Positions 1-7,636 of a stretch of DNA of 50,494 bases are shown here, piece after piece (within the stretch, counting starts at the first letter, position 1; each line of letters opens with the position of its first letter). Source of the DNA: a virus (lineage: Duplodnaviria > Caudoviricetes); IMG/VR virus record IMGVR_UViG_3300031718_000015, positions 1-50,494 of that record; one strand, written 5' to 3'. Under the pieces are notes generated by a model. That model was not told where the DNA came from, ran no database searches, and saw nothing but the letters and a program-made list of their open reading frames with translations. The translations under genes and the position numbers were made by a program.

Positions 1-127
1 AACAAGCCGAGCCTCATGTCGTAGCTTGGGACGCCAACGACACCCTTTATATTAATGCCCTAATGACCAATAAGAACGTCCACAAGATAACGGCCTGTAT
101 AGTATTTAAGGCTTGGGACGCTAGTCA
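1..127. repeat. Terminal overlap, copy 1 (identical to 50368-50494)
   Basis: Exact 127-bp match to the window end; the polymerase ORF reads through the junction in frame. Confidence 0.97.
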
Positions 128-746
128 GGGCATCCCGCCCGACTCCCTACTAGATTCCATTCCTAAGCTCTGTGAGCGTTGCGCGGCAGCTGGCGAAGAC
201 GACTGCCCACACTCTCAATACTATCTCTCCAAGCGTTGTAAGAACGGTGTCGACAATGGCATGAAAGCCCCGCGCTTGCAACAATTACTCCGAGCTGACA
301 ACATCTTCATCACCAAAGACCAAGCCGAAACCATCGTCTCTCGAATGCTCACCCAACCCATTCGCGAGTGGCAAGATCGCACTAAAAAGGAGCTTGAGTC
401 ATCTCGTTGGCTCACCAGTATCTATGGCCAGAAAAAAGAATTCTACGGTCTCCTCGACGATAGAATGCTCGATGCAGCCCTTAGTTGGAAAAAACAGGTC
501 GTTGTTGCACATATCACTAGTCATGCCATGCGCTTTATACATGACCGAATCACAACAAGTGGAATTCCTGCAAGTCTTAAAACGCAGACTCATGACTCAT
601 GCACTATCAATCATAGACAGAGAGATCGTGCTGACATCGTGGCTCTTATCAAACAAGCCACCTATCTCCCCGTGATGGTTCATGGGCGGGAGCTGGTGAT
701 ACCGACAGAAATAACACATGGTCCATCTTGGGGAGAGCAACACTAA
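1..746 (+). CDS. Family A DNA polymerase, C-terminal part (continues from 48696 across the circular junction)
   Basis: Same frame as the ORF starting at 48696. Motif B-like SKRCKNGVDNG, motif C THDS, C-terminal GPSWG typical of PolA. Confidence 0.9.
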   Translation, partial: QAEPHVVAWDANDTLYINALMTNKNVHKITACIVFKAWDASQGIPPDSLLDSIPKLCERCAAAGEDDCPHSQYYLSKRCKNGVDNGMKAPRLQQLLRADNIFITKDQAETIVSRMLTQPIREWQDRTKKELESSRWLTSIYGQKKEFYGLLDDRMLDAALSWKKQVVVAHITSHAMRFIHDRITTSGIPASLKTQTHDSCTINHRQRDRADIVALIKQATYLPVMVHGRELVIPTEITHGPSWGEQH

Positions 747-889
747 TGGGTTTTATAACAACATTCGTTCAAATAGCTACGCTTGCTTTTGGTATAAGCA
801 CACTCGCTAAAGCGGCGCTACCTACACCCACGCCCTCTCAAAGTCCGACCTCGACACCTACTCCCGCTATCTATTCCAGCTTGCAATAG
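746..889 (+). CDS. 47-aa putative secreted Pro/Thr/Ser-rich peptide (not in ORF track)
   Basis: ATG overlaps the polymerase stop (TAATG). Translation MGFITTFVQIATLAFGISTLAKA-ALPTPTPSQSPTSTPTPAIYSSLQ has a hydrophobic stretch and an AxA site. Confidence 0.55.
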   Translation: MGFITTFVQIATLAFGISTLAKAALPTPTPSQSPTSTPTPAIYSSLQ

Positions 890-892
890 CTA
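868..892. repeat. 25-bp quasi-palindrome, copy 1
   Basis: TATCTATTCCAGCTTGCAATAGCTA. Confidence 0.92.
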
Positions 893-911
893 ATGCCAAT
901 GGAGTCCCAAT

Positions 912-2141
912 GTGGGTTGGATAGATGACTACTTATCATACACCGCCAAACAAGAATCTCCTGAGATATTTCACTTTTGGAACGCCGTCACCACCATAAA
1001 CGCCGTAATGAACCGGAAGGTTTATCTTCCGAGAGTTAGTGATGGTATAGAACGCTATAGAATCTACCCTGGCCAGACCATGATTATCTTGGTGGCCGGC
1101 GCGGGTAGGTTACGCAAATCCACGTCCGTCAAACTGCCCAAGTCTCTAGTCGAGAGTGTGGGTGTAAAGGTGCTCGATGGCAAAACCAGTCCGGAAAAAC
1201 TCCTCACGATGCTCGGCGGCAGCGGCCAGCACAGTAAAGAAGGCATCATCAGTATTTTCGCCCCAGAACTCAGCGTATTTTTTAGTCGACAACAGTACGC
1301 AGAAAGCCTTATTGATATTATCACTGACCTGTCCGACGCTCCTGACCGAAAAGATTTTCCGACGCAAAAAGGAGGGGACATTTGGGTTCGCAATGCGTGT
1401 ATTACATTTTTCGGAGCGACTACCCCCTCGTCACTCGCAGAGGCCATTCCTCAACGCGCTCATCAACACGGGTTCATGTCGCGCTTTATTTTCGTGTACG
1501 CCAGTTCCACTAATCGAAAAGAATCGCTCAGTGAAACGCACCCCGACCCGCAAAAGATGAAGTGGGCGCTTGACCTAAAGACCAAACTAAGTTATGGTCT
1601 CGAGTGTATTAGTAAACTAAACGGCCCATTTGACTTCACCGATGAAGCGAGGTTATGGTATGACACTTGGTACGATCAATATGCTAACGTGGCGGATAGA
1701 GAAGGAGAAGGCTGGGTTAGTAGAGTCCCCGACCATCTTCTTAGAACTGCGATGGCCTTGCAAGTGTCGAAGGACCTTCGCATGGTCTTTGACAGAGATA
1801 CGCTTATTGAAAGTCTGGCCGCCCTTCGACTTGTTGAGGATTCCATGCCCGAAGCATTCGCACAAATCGGGATTCACTCAGGAGCAAGTGGGATAGATAG
1901 AATTATTGCACTGTTTAAGAAAAATGGTGGGAAAATAACCAACTTTGATCTATTCGACAAGACCCTACGTTATTTCCCTGATGCTGTAGCTCTCAAGCGG
2001 GCCGTGACCGGCTTACAAGCGGCGGGCTGGATCAAGCGGGTGAATTTTGACGCTTCAACGGGGACTGAACTATTTGAGCTTGTTCGTCCTGATCTTCGCA
2101 TGGGACGCACAAATGGTCGGCCTGGGAGTCAAGGCCCTTGA
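912..2141 (+). CDS. DUF3987/YfjI-like P-loop ATPase, putative replicative helicase
   Basis: N-terminal WIDDYLSYT..ESPEIFHFW, Walker A-like GAGRLRKST, FFGATT, GFMSRFIFV, C-terminal winged-helix-like segment; GGAG RBS at 901; lies downstream of the polymerase. Confidence 0.75.
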   Translation: MGWIDDYLSYTAKQESPEIFHFWNAVTTINAVMNRKVYLPRVSDGIERYRIYPGQTMIILVAGAGRLRKSTSVKLPKSLVESVGVKVLDGKTSPEKLLTMLGGSGQHSKEGIISIFAPELSVFFSRQQYAESLIDIITDLSDAPDRKDFPTQKGGDIWVRNACITFFGATTPSSLAEAIPQRAHQHGFMSRFIFVYASSTNRKESLSETHPDPQKMKWALDLKTKLSYGLECISKLNGPFDFTDEARLWYDTWYDQYANVADREGEGWVSRVPDHLLRTAMALQVSKDLRMVFDRDTLIESLAALRLVEDSMPEAFAQIGIHSGASGIDRIIALFKKNGGKITNFDLFDKTLRYFPDAVALKRAVTGLQAAGWIKRVNFDASTGTELFELVRPDLRMGRTNGRPGSQGP

Positions 2142-2199
2142 CCTCATATTGCTTCTTACACCGTTCACAAAAGGCAATTAATATGCCATCACCGTCCAT
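2032..2199 (-). CDS. 55-aa putative zinc-ribbon protein (not in ORF track)
   Basis: GGAGG RBS upstream of ATG 2199. MDGDGILIAFCERCKKQYEVKGLDSQADHLCVPCEDQ... contains two CxxC. Overlaps the ATPase 3' end antisense. Confidence 0.5.
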   Translation of the reverse strand: MDGDGILIAFCERCKKQYEVKGLDSQADHLCVPCEDQDEQAQIVQSPLKRQNSPA

Positions 2200-3556
2200 T
2201 GGTTTTACCTCCTACCACATCTTCGATAGCATCCATCCGTCCGAACGCCCGTTTGGGTGGACCATAGACCCATTCTGTTGCAACGAGGTCATCATATATT
2301 TCCTGAAGCAAGTCGGGCAGGTCCGTCCGATATCTCATCATGGGGACTTTCAAGGATTTATCCGGCTCGCACTTGAGCATCGCCTCTTTGGGTGTCCCAC
2401 CGTCAGCACTCAAGACAAAAGCGCACCCGTTCGGGCCGGATATTTCGGGACAGCCGGAGCTATCAAGTCTAATCTCATCAGGACTAACCGATTTCATGAC
2501 GATCTCTGGATCAAACCCGAACACTGGTACCCCCTCCGCTCGTCCCTTTTCTTCTTCGGGGTATGGTGGTACATGGAGTCTAAGGGCACCAAAGAACCGG
2601 TCAGCCTTGAAGGCTCCTTGCCATCTACGACCCATAGCTATGTCCGCAAATAACCCTGCGAGGTCACTAGTGATACTATGCGCGAGCGCATAAATAGCAT
2701 CATACCCTAAACGTGGTGTGAACTCAAGGAAAATCGGCTCATTCGAGTCTTTCTCAATAATGGCATTCACATCTACCGGCCCATTATACTTCCCCTTAAA
2801 TACAGCTGCAAGCGGAGCCAGTAGCTTTCCATATAGAGGACAACTACTAATATCGTCATAAGCCCAAACCACATTCCCTGCGCAACCCGTTTTCTCCCCC
2901 AAGTCGTGGTTGAAGAACCTATTTCTCTCGACAGTGTTATTAGCCAGTACAAAGTCAGTCCCATTAAACCATGCTTCTGTAGAAACCTCCACTCCCTCAA
3001 CCTTCGACGATAGAATGAAATCGGGGGTTTCACCTTCCTTAGCATAGAGACTTGCAATCCAATCGAGGAGCCTAACCATCTCATCCACGTTGCTTGCGAC
3101 GTAAGTGGCAGCCGTCTCTGAATCGCCATTATGCTTCCATACCCAGCCTTCATCTTCGTCACGCTCCCCTAAAAACTGTTTGGCTTTGTGCCAGGCGTTC
3201 GGGCCGGAAAAGCTCACAAACTCTGGAACCTCGATACCTGCCTTTCTCGCTGTATCAGCTGCAAGTATCCTTTCTTCCTCCAACTTGGCACTGAAATCAC
3301 CACTCCCGAACACTGCTTTACCGGACTTACGCAACCGCTCGGCCTCATTAGGTAACTCAAAATCATTCGAGTCAAACACCACCACATCGGCCCACCCAAC
3401 GCTGCCCGCAAAGTCCTTGGTTTTAGGTATAAGACCTTGCCCAACCGTTTGTGCTGTTGGTTCATAAATACAAAACCTCACTACATTACCTTCAGCTTCG
3501 ACACGTCGGGCGATTGCTAGGCTCTCACCCCAACCACTTCTAAACAAGAACTTCAT
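2189..3556 (-). CDS. PurD-like (phosphoribosylamine-glycine ligase-like) ATP-grasp enzyme
   Basis: WADVVVFD, KLEEER, WVWK, VEGVEVSTEAWFNG, LGEKTGCAG (cf. GPNTGGMG), GPVDVN, LEFTPRLGY. ATG 3556 overlaps the upstream stop. Confidence 0.85.
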   Translation of the reverse strand: MKFLFRSGWGESLAIARRVEAEGNVVRFCIYEPTAQTVGQGLIPKTKDFAGSVGWADVVVFDSNDFELPNEAERLRKSGKAVFGSGDFSAKLEEERILAADTARKAGIEVPEFVSFSGPNAWHKAKQFLGERDEDEGWVWKHNGDSETAATYVASNVDEMVRLLDWIASLYAKEGETPDFILSSKVEGVEVSTEAWFNGTDFVLANNTVERNRFFNHDLGEKTGCAGNVVWAYDDISSCPLYGKLLAPLAAVFKGKYNGPVDVNAIIEKDSNEPIFLEFTPRLGYDAIYALAHSITSDLAGLFADIAMGRRWQGAFKADRFFGALRLHVPPYPEEEKGRAEGVPVFGFDPEIVMKSVSPDEIRLDSSGCPEISGPNGCAFVLSADGGTPKEAMLKCEPDKSLKVPMMRYRTDLPDLLQEIYDDLVATEWVYGPPKRAFGRMDAIEDVVGGKTNGR

Positions 3557-6500
3557 TGGCAAATCCAGTTGCTACCGTTGAATATCGTGAGCTTGTATTT
3601 AGAGCCAGCACAAGCACCAGCACCCACACAAGTACCTGGAGTGCCATTATAGTCACAGACACAACCAAGACTACCCACAGGTGCTCCCACTGGTAAGGCC
3701 GATGTCAGTGGGCACTTCAAAAGCGGGCCGGCTGAGCTAAACGAAGATGACATACCCCAGGCGCTACCAATATTAGTCCAAGTACAACTCGACGAGCCGC
3801 CTTCTGGCACGGGTAAGGCATTCACATAAACTGTCCCACCTGACCCCGCGCCCATGCCACTAGTCGTCACATTGTATTTAATCGCGGTGCCTATGTTATT
3901 TACGGCCGTGACAGGACATGGCACATCAACTGTGCAATTATAGCCACTAGGTGTCACGCCACTTACGACTACTGACTCTCCCACGCTCACTACATGTTTC
4001 ATGCCATCGAGTATGGGCATGGCAGTATTGAGTGTCACCGTCGTCCCACTCTCACTAGCACTAGAAACCGCTTGCGATCCACCTGGTTCGAGTGAATTCC
4101 ACCCAGGAACCTGGCCCGAACCTTGCCCACTGATACATCCACCCCCGCTGGTATTCCTAAACGCATCAATATAAACATTCCCTGTCTGATGTGGTATAAT
4201 AACCTCATCCGGCCCGTAATAGGTCATCGGTGCCCAATCATTACACGGATATAAACTCGGCTGAATATCCAATACTTGTGGACTAGTCACCGCCGCCGCC
4301 GCGATTCGCCAGCCGGTTATTCCAGTTCTAACCCCATCTGCCATCTCATAAATGGGCACTCCAACCTTAGTATATGTATCAATCGACGATCTAACCGCCA
4401 ACTGATTTAACCCCGTAGCGAGTGTTCTATCACTATTATTCCCCATTGTCTCGCCGGTTTCGGCCCCAACACCTTGTGGGCCATATTGCCACTCATTACC
4501 ATCACCCTGTGTAGCAACGGTAGAATTAAGTGTCTCCATCACCCAATTGCCGAGTGTGCTGGTAGCTCCAGTGCCCCAATTACCTATTGATACAACAACG
4601 CCATTCCCCCAATGCTCGATGTTGTTGTACCATGTGTTACCAATCATCGTGAGTAAGGGCACTAATTGACCACCTTGGGTGGCTAGATTGATAGGTGCCA
4701 ATGGTGATATGTAAACCGAATCCTTAACATGATTGCCCTCAGTATGGTTACTAATCAATGTAACCACCTGACCGGCCTCTTGATAGAACCCAATACCCCC
4801 AAACCCTTGCCCACACGCTCCACCATATTGACTATTGGTAATCAAGATGGGCGAGTTGACTGCCGTCATATAGAAACCATAACACTCTCCATTTCCGAGT
4901 GTTACCGTAGCATCTACATAATCTAAAAAGCCTCCATTACCACTAAACAACCCTATTCCATAGGCACTCGCGCCAGGGCTATCGTTGTAAATGTGGTCGT
5001 TCATTATTTGGAGTTCGCTAGTGTCAGTCAGTGGTGACTCATTAGCGATGGTTAGGTTAGTCCCACTAACAATTCCAAATTCGGCATTATAAATCGAGTC
5101 ATTCTCGATTCTTAGCTTATCACTAGAGATTTGCTGGCCCGTGACGCCATCAGCGCCCTGAATTATACCCTGCATTCCACGACTACGTGTGCTCGTGCCA
5201 TTTATGGTCGTGACGTCTAGCACGATATTACGTAGCGACTGCCACATGCCATTCCAAACCTGCACCATCCACATATGGTCCGGCCCGTGCCACACAAGGC
5301 GTGTACCATTGTTATAGCTATTAAGTGGTGGTATTGTCCCTCCTGACGGTGTAAACCCAGGATACTCAACCCCACCCTGACTATCAGCCACAAGCTGCAC
5401 TTCGTGTGGGATGTTGAGTATCTTAGAACAGCCATAGGTGCCATGTGGCACTAGTGTTTGACCCCCTGGCGGACTCATCGCCGTTAGGGCGTTCATCGCG
5501 GCCTGGATAGCACCACAGTTCTCAGGTGTGATAACCACCGTCCCTGTGACCTGAGGTGGATTGCTTAGTGTTACGCTGTTAGAGGTAACGGCCACCACAT
5601 TAGCATACAGCACCCCATTCTTAGCCACCGTAGGCAGGTCTGATTGAGCATTAACGAGCCCCATGTCAGGATAGCCAGGTAGCAACGACTGGGGCAGGCT
5701 GAACGGCGCAGACCTAACCTGACAAGCTGGGCTTGCTGTTGGGCCGGCGCTTGGGGTTACAGTAGGTGTCGCCGTGGCTGTATTAGAGAACACGCCTGTG
5801 GGCGTTACAGTGGCTGTAGCTGTGGCAGTTGCTGTGGCGGTTGCAGTTGCAGTTGCGGTAGCTGTAGCCGTGGCACTCGTAGCTGTCGCGGTAGCTGTTG
5901 GAGTGGGTGCCGGTGTAAATGACGCTGTAGCTGTCGCTGTTGCTGTTGGTGCAAACGTGGGTGTTGACGTCACGGTCGGTGGAAATGACGAGGGTGTGGC
6001 TGTAGGTGTAGCACTCGGTGATCCACTACAAATATACGGCACATAACCCAGTGCACTCGGCACCGGACTGGCCATTGCATTTTCGATGAAATTACCTGAT
6101 AGTTTCCAAGGCTCTGATGGTTGGGTGCTCCAAACTACACTTAAAGCACTCTCGCCCAAGGTATTTGGGTCTATTGTAGTAAAGCCATAAGCATATGCTT
6201 GGTTACCAAAGTTATGTGGTGCATTCAGGCCCGAATCGGGCTTGACGAAGTTGACTGCATAGATTGATGGTGGAGATAACGACGTAGTCGCCGCCGCTTG
6301 TGGTACCGCCACTGGATCGCCCACGAGTATACCGGCAGTGCTATTACAACTAGACAATAGTGGGTTACCACTAATTGCCTGACAGGTATATTCATAGTCA
6401 ATCGGCCTGGCACCAAATGCCAAGATCGAATTAGAGTTTTGTGGTGAGCAGTCCCACGTTCCTGCCCCCACTTGCCCTGGAATCGGGCCGGTCCAGATGC

Positions 6501-6768
6501 AAGCGAGTGGTGGATTATACGTGGTCGAGCTTTGCGCAGGTGACTTAGTGGGAGTGCAATCTCGGCACTTAATCATCGTGCCTGGCCCTGCGCCTGGGCC
6601 GGTCCAGCCTATAACACCGGTGCCTGGAAGTTGAGTGAATCTATAGGTATTCCACCCATAAGAGTCATTATCAGGATTGGTACCCGTGTGCACATCCTGC
6701 GGGGCTGCCCAGACAGGCTGTGTTACTAGCATAGCGGCCAATAGAAAGCGTGCTATTAGTCTCATCAT
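3553..6768 (-). CDS. Tailspike/fibre-like beta-helix protein with signal peptide and (TA)n linker
   Basis: Signal-like MMRLIARFLLAAMLVTQPVWA; ILAFGA and AIQAAMNA...GGQTLVPHGTY pectate-lyase-like starts; Cys-rich termini; follows the tail module. Confidence 0.65.
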   Translation of the reverse strand: MMRLIARFLLAAMLVTQPVWAAPQDVHTGTNPDNDSYGWNTYRFTQLPGTGVIGWTGPGAGPGTMIKCRDCTPTKSPAQSSTTYNPPLACIWTGPIPGQVGAGTWDCSPQNSNSILAFGARPIDYEYTCQAISGNPLLSSCNSTAGILVGDPVAVPQAAATTSLSPPSIYAVNFVKPDSGLNAPHNFGNQAYAYGFTTIDPNTLGESALSVVWSTQPSEPWKLSGNFIENAMASPVPSALGYVPYICSGSPSATPTATPSSFPPTVTSTPTFAPTATATATASFTPAPTPTATATATSATATATATATATATATATATATVTPTGVFSNTATATPTVTPSAGPTASPACQVRSAPFSLPQSLLPGYPDMGLVNAQSDLPTVAKNGVLYANVVAVTSNSVTLSNPPQVTGTVVITPENCGAIQAAMNALTAMSPPGGQTLVPHGTYGCSKILNIPHEVQLVADSQGGVEYPGFTPSGGTIPPLNSYNNGTRLVWHGPDHMWMVQVWNGMWQSLRNIVLDVTTINGTSTRSRGMQGIIQGADGVTGQQISSDKLRIENDSIYNAEFGIVSGTNLTIANESPLTDTSELQIMNDHIYNDSPGASAYGIGLFSGNGGFLDYVDATVTLGNGECYGFYMTAVNSPILITNSQYGGACGQGFGGIGFYQEAGQVVTLISNHTEGNHVKDSVYISPLAPINLATQGGQLVPLLTMIGNTWYNNIEHWGNGVVVSIGNWGTGATSTLGNWVMETLNSTVATQGDGNEWQYGPQGVGAETGETMGNNSDRTLATGLNQLAVRSSIDTYTKVGVPIYEMADGVRTGITGWRIAAAAVTSPQVLDIQPSLYPCNDWAPMTYYGPDEVIIPHQTGNVYIDAFRNTSGGGCISGQGSGQVPGWNSLEPGGSQAVSSASESGTTVTLNTAMPILDGMKHVVSVGESVVVSGVTPSGYNCTVDVPCPVTAVNNIGTAIKYNVTTSGMGAGSGGTVYVNALPVPEGGSSSCTWTNIGSAWGMSSSFSSAGPLLKCPLTSALPVGAPVGSLGCVCDYNGTPGTCVGAGACAGSKYKLTIFNGSNWICQ
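5770..6010. repeat. Degenerate hexamer tandem repeat encoding (Thr-Ala)n / Pro-Thr linker
   Basis: Runs of GCTGTN/GCAGTN/GCGGTN with synonymous variation. Confidence 0.9.
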
Positions 6769-7391
6769 GGTCCATAACTCACTACGCTAGTTGGACGCCA
6801 AAAGCCACTCGACGCGAATACCCACTCAGCTGGAAAGCCCTCGACGGGGGGTACTACAATGTATCGTGTCCCAATTGGTTGTGGCCCATTTGGGGGCGGA
6901 TTCGGGCCGAATAAATACAGTGGGTCTGGTGGAGGGAAACTCGATTGAATCGGCCAGACCTCAGATATAGGCGCGTCTGTAATCTCCGGTAGGAAGCTGA
7001 TCCAGCCCTGTTCGACAGTGTAGATATTGTTGGATGGTGAACATTGGATTTTGATGTCATAGTAGTAAAGTGGCCCCGCATCAAGATTAAGACTCGGTAT
7101 TGCCTGTAGGTTAAAAAGGCAAATCGGCCCGCCAACTGGTGGTGCTGGATTCTCAACAATCTGTCCAAACGCCGTCAGCGCCGTTGTAATCGGCACCTGT
7201 AAGCCACTAACATCTGGCTCGGCCGGACTACCCTTAATCGTCAGCCACGCATTAACCGGACTATCCGTGGGGAATATCCCCGTGATAATTCTCTGCCATT
7301 GTGAGTCGTTCCCACGAACAAACCCCACCTTATAACGATTAAGTGCCGGCTTAGAAGCACTCCGTGTAAACGGCCCATCAATAGCTGGCAT
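6765..7391 (-). CDS. Putative tail fibre attachment protein (BppU-like beta-sandwich)
   Basis: FVRGND...AWLTIK...YYYDIKIQ...YTVEQGWI..PEIT pattern; directly upstream of the fibre-like gene. Confidence 0.5.
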   Translation of the reverse strand: MPAIDGPFTRSASKPALNRYKVGFVRGNDSQWQRIITGIFPTDSPVNAWLTIKGSPAEPDVSGLQVPITTALTAFGQIVENPAPPVGGPICLFNLQAIPSLNLDAGPLYYYDIKIQCSPSNNIYTVEQGWISFLPEITDAPISEVWPIQSSFPPPDPLYLFGPNPPPNGPQPIGTRYIVVPPVEGFPAEWVFASSGFWRPTSVVSYGP

Positions 7392-7394
7392 TTG

Positions 7395-7595
7395 CTACCC
7401 CTGGATTTTCTTCAACATCTGGTCATGCTTCCCACGGCCTTTGTGCTTGTATTTACCGCCGTGTTTATCTTCATTACGCTTCTCACTCATCATGATGGCG
7501 ACGGCTTGTTTGTGACTCTTAACCGTCTTACCCTTCTTCGAGCCACTCTTGAGCTTACCCTTCTTCCATTTGTGCATGACCTCTGAGCTAGGCAT
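7395..7595 (-). CDS. Small basic protein, DUF6496-like
   Basis: VMHKWKKGKLKSGS..VKSHKQAVAIMMSE; GGGAGA RBS. Confidence 0.7.
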   Translation of the reverse strand: MPSSEVMHKWKKGKLKSGSKKGKTVKSHKQAVAIMMSEKRNEDKHGGKYKHKGRGKHDQMLKKIQG

Positions 7596-7611
7596 AACAA
7601 TCCATCTCCCT

Positions 7612-7636
7612 TAGCTATTGCGCTTTGGAATAGATA
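7612..7636. repeat. 25-bp quasi-palindrome, copy 2
   Basis: TAGCTATTGCGCTTTGGAATAGATA, abutting the stop codon at 7637-7639. Confidence 0.9.

Noticed and set aside
2102-2212. Shared G(R/K)TNGR near the C-termini of the two convergent proteins
   Set aside because: Short, and on the minus strand explained by the embedded SD/ATG of the downstream small ORF; treated as coincidence.
2189-3556. Z-genome (2-aminoadenine) pathway
   Set aside because: The enzyme is ATP-grasp PurD-like, not PurA/PurZ-like, and no purZ or datZ was recognised.
5774-6046. Antisense (VA)n ORF and other long antisense ORFs (e.g. 2138-2653, 11625-12239)
   Set aside because: These are shadows of real genes on the opposite strand, with no independent motifs.
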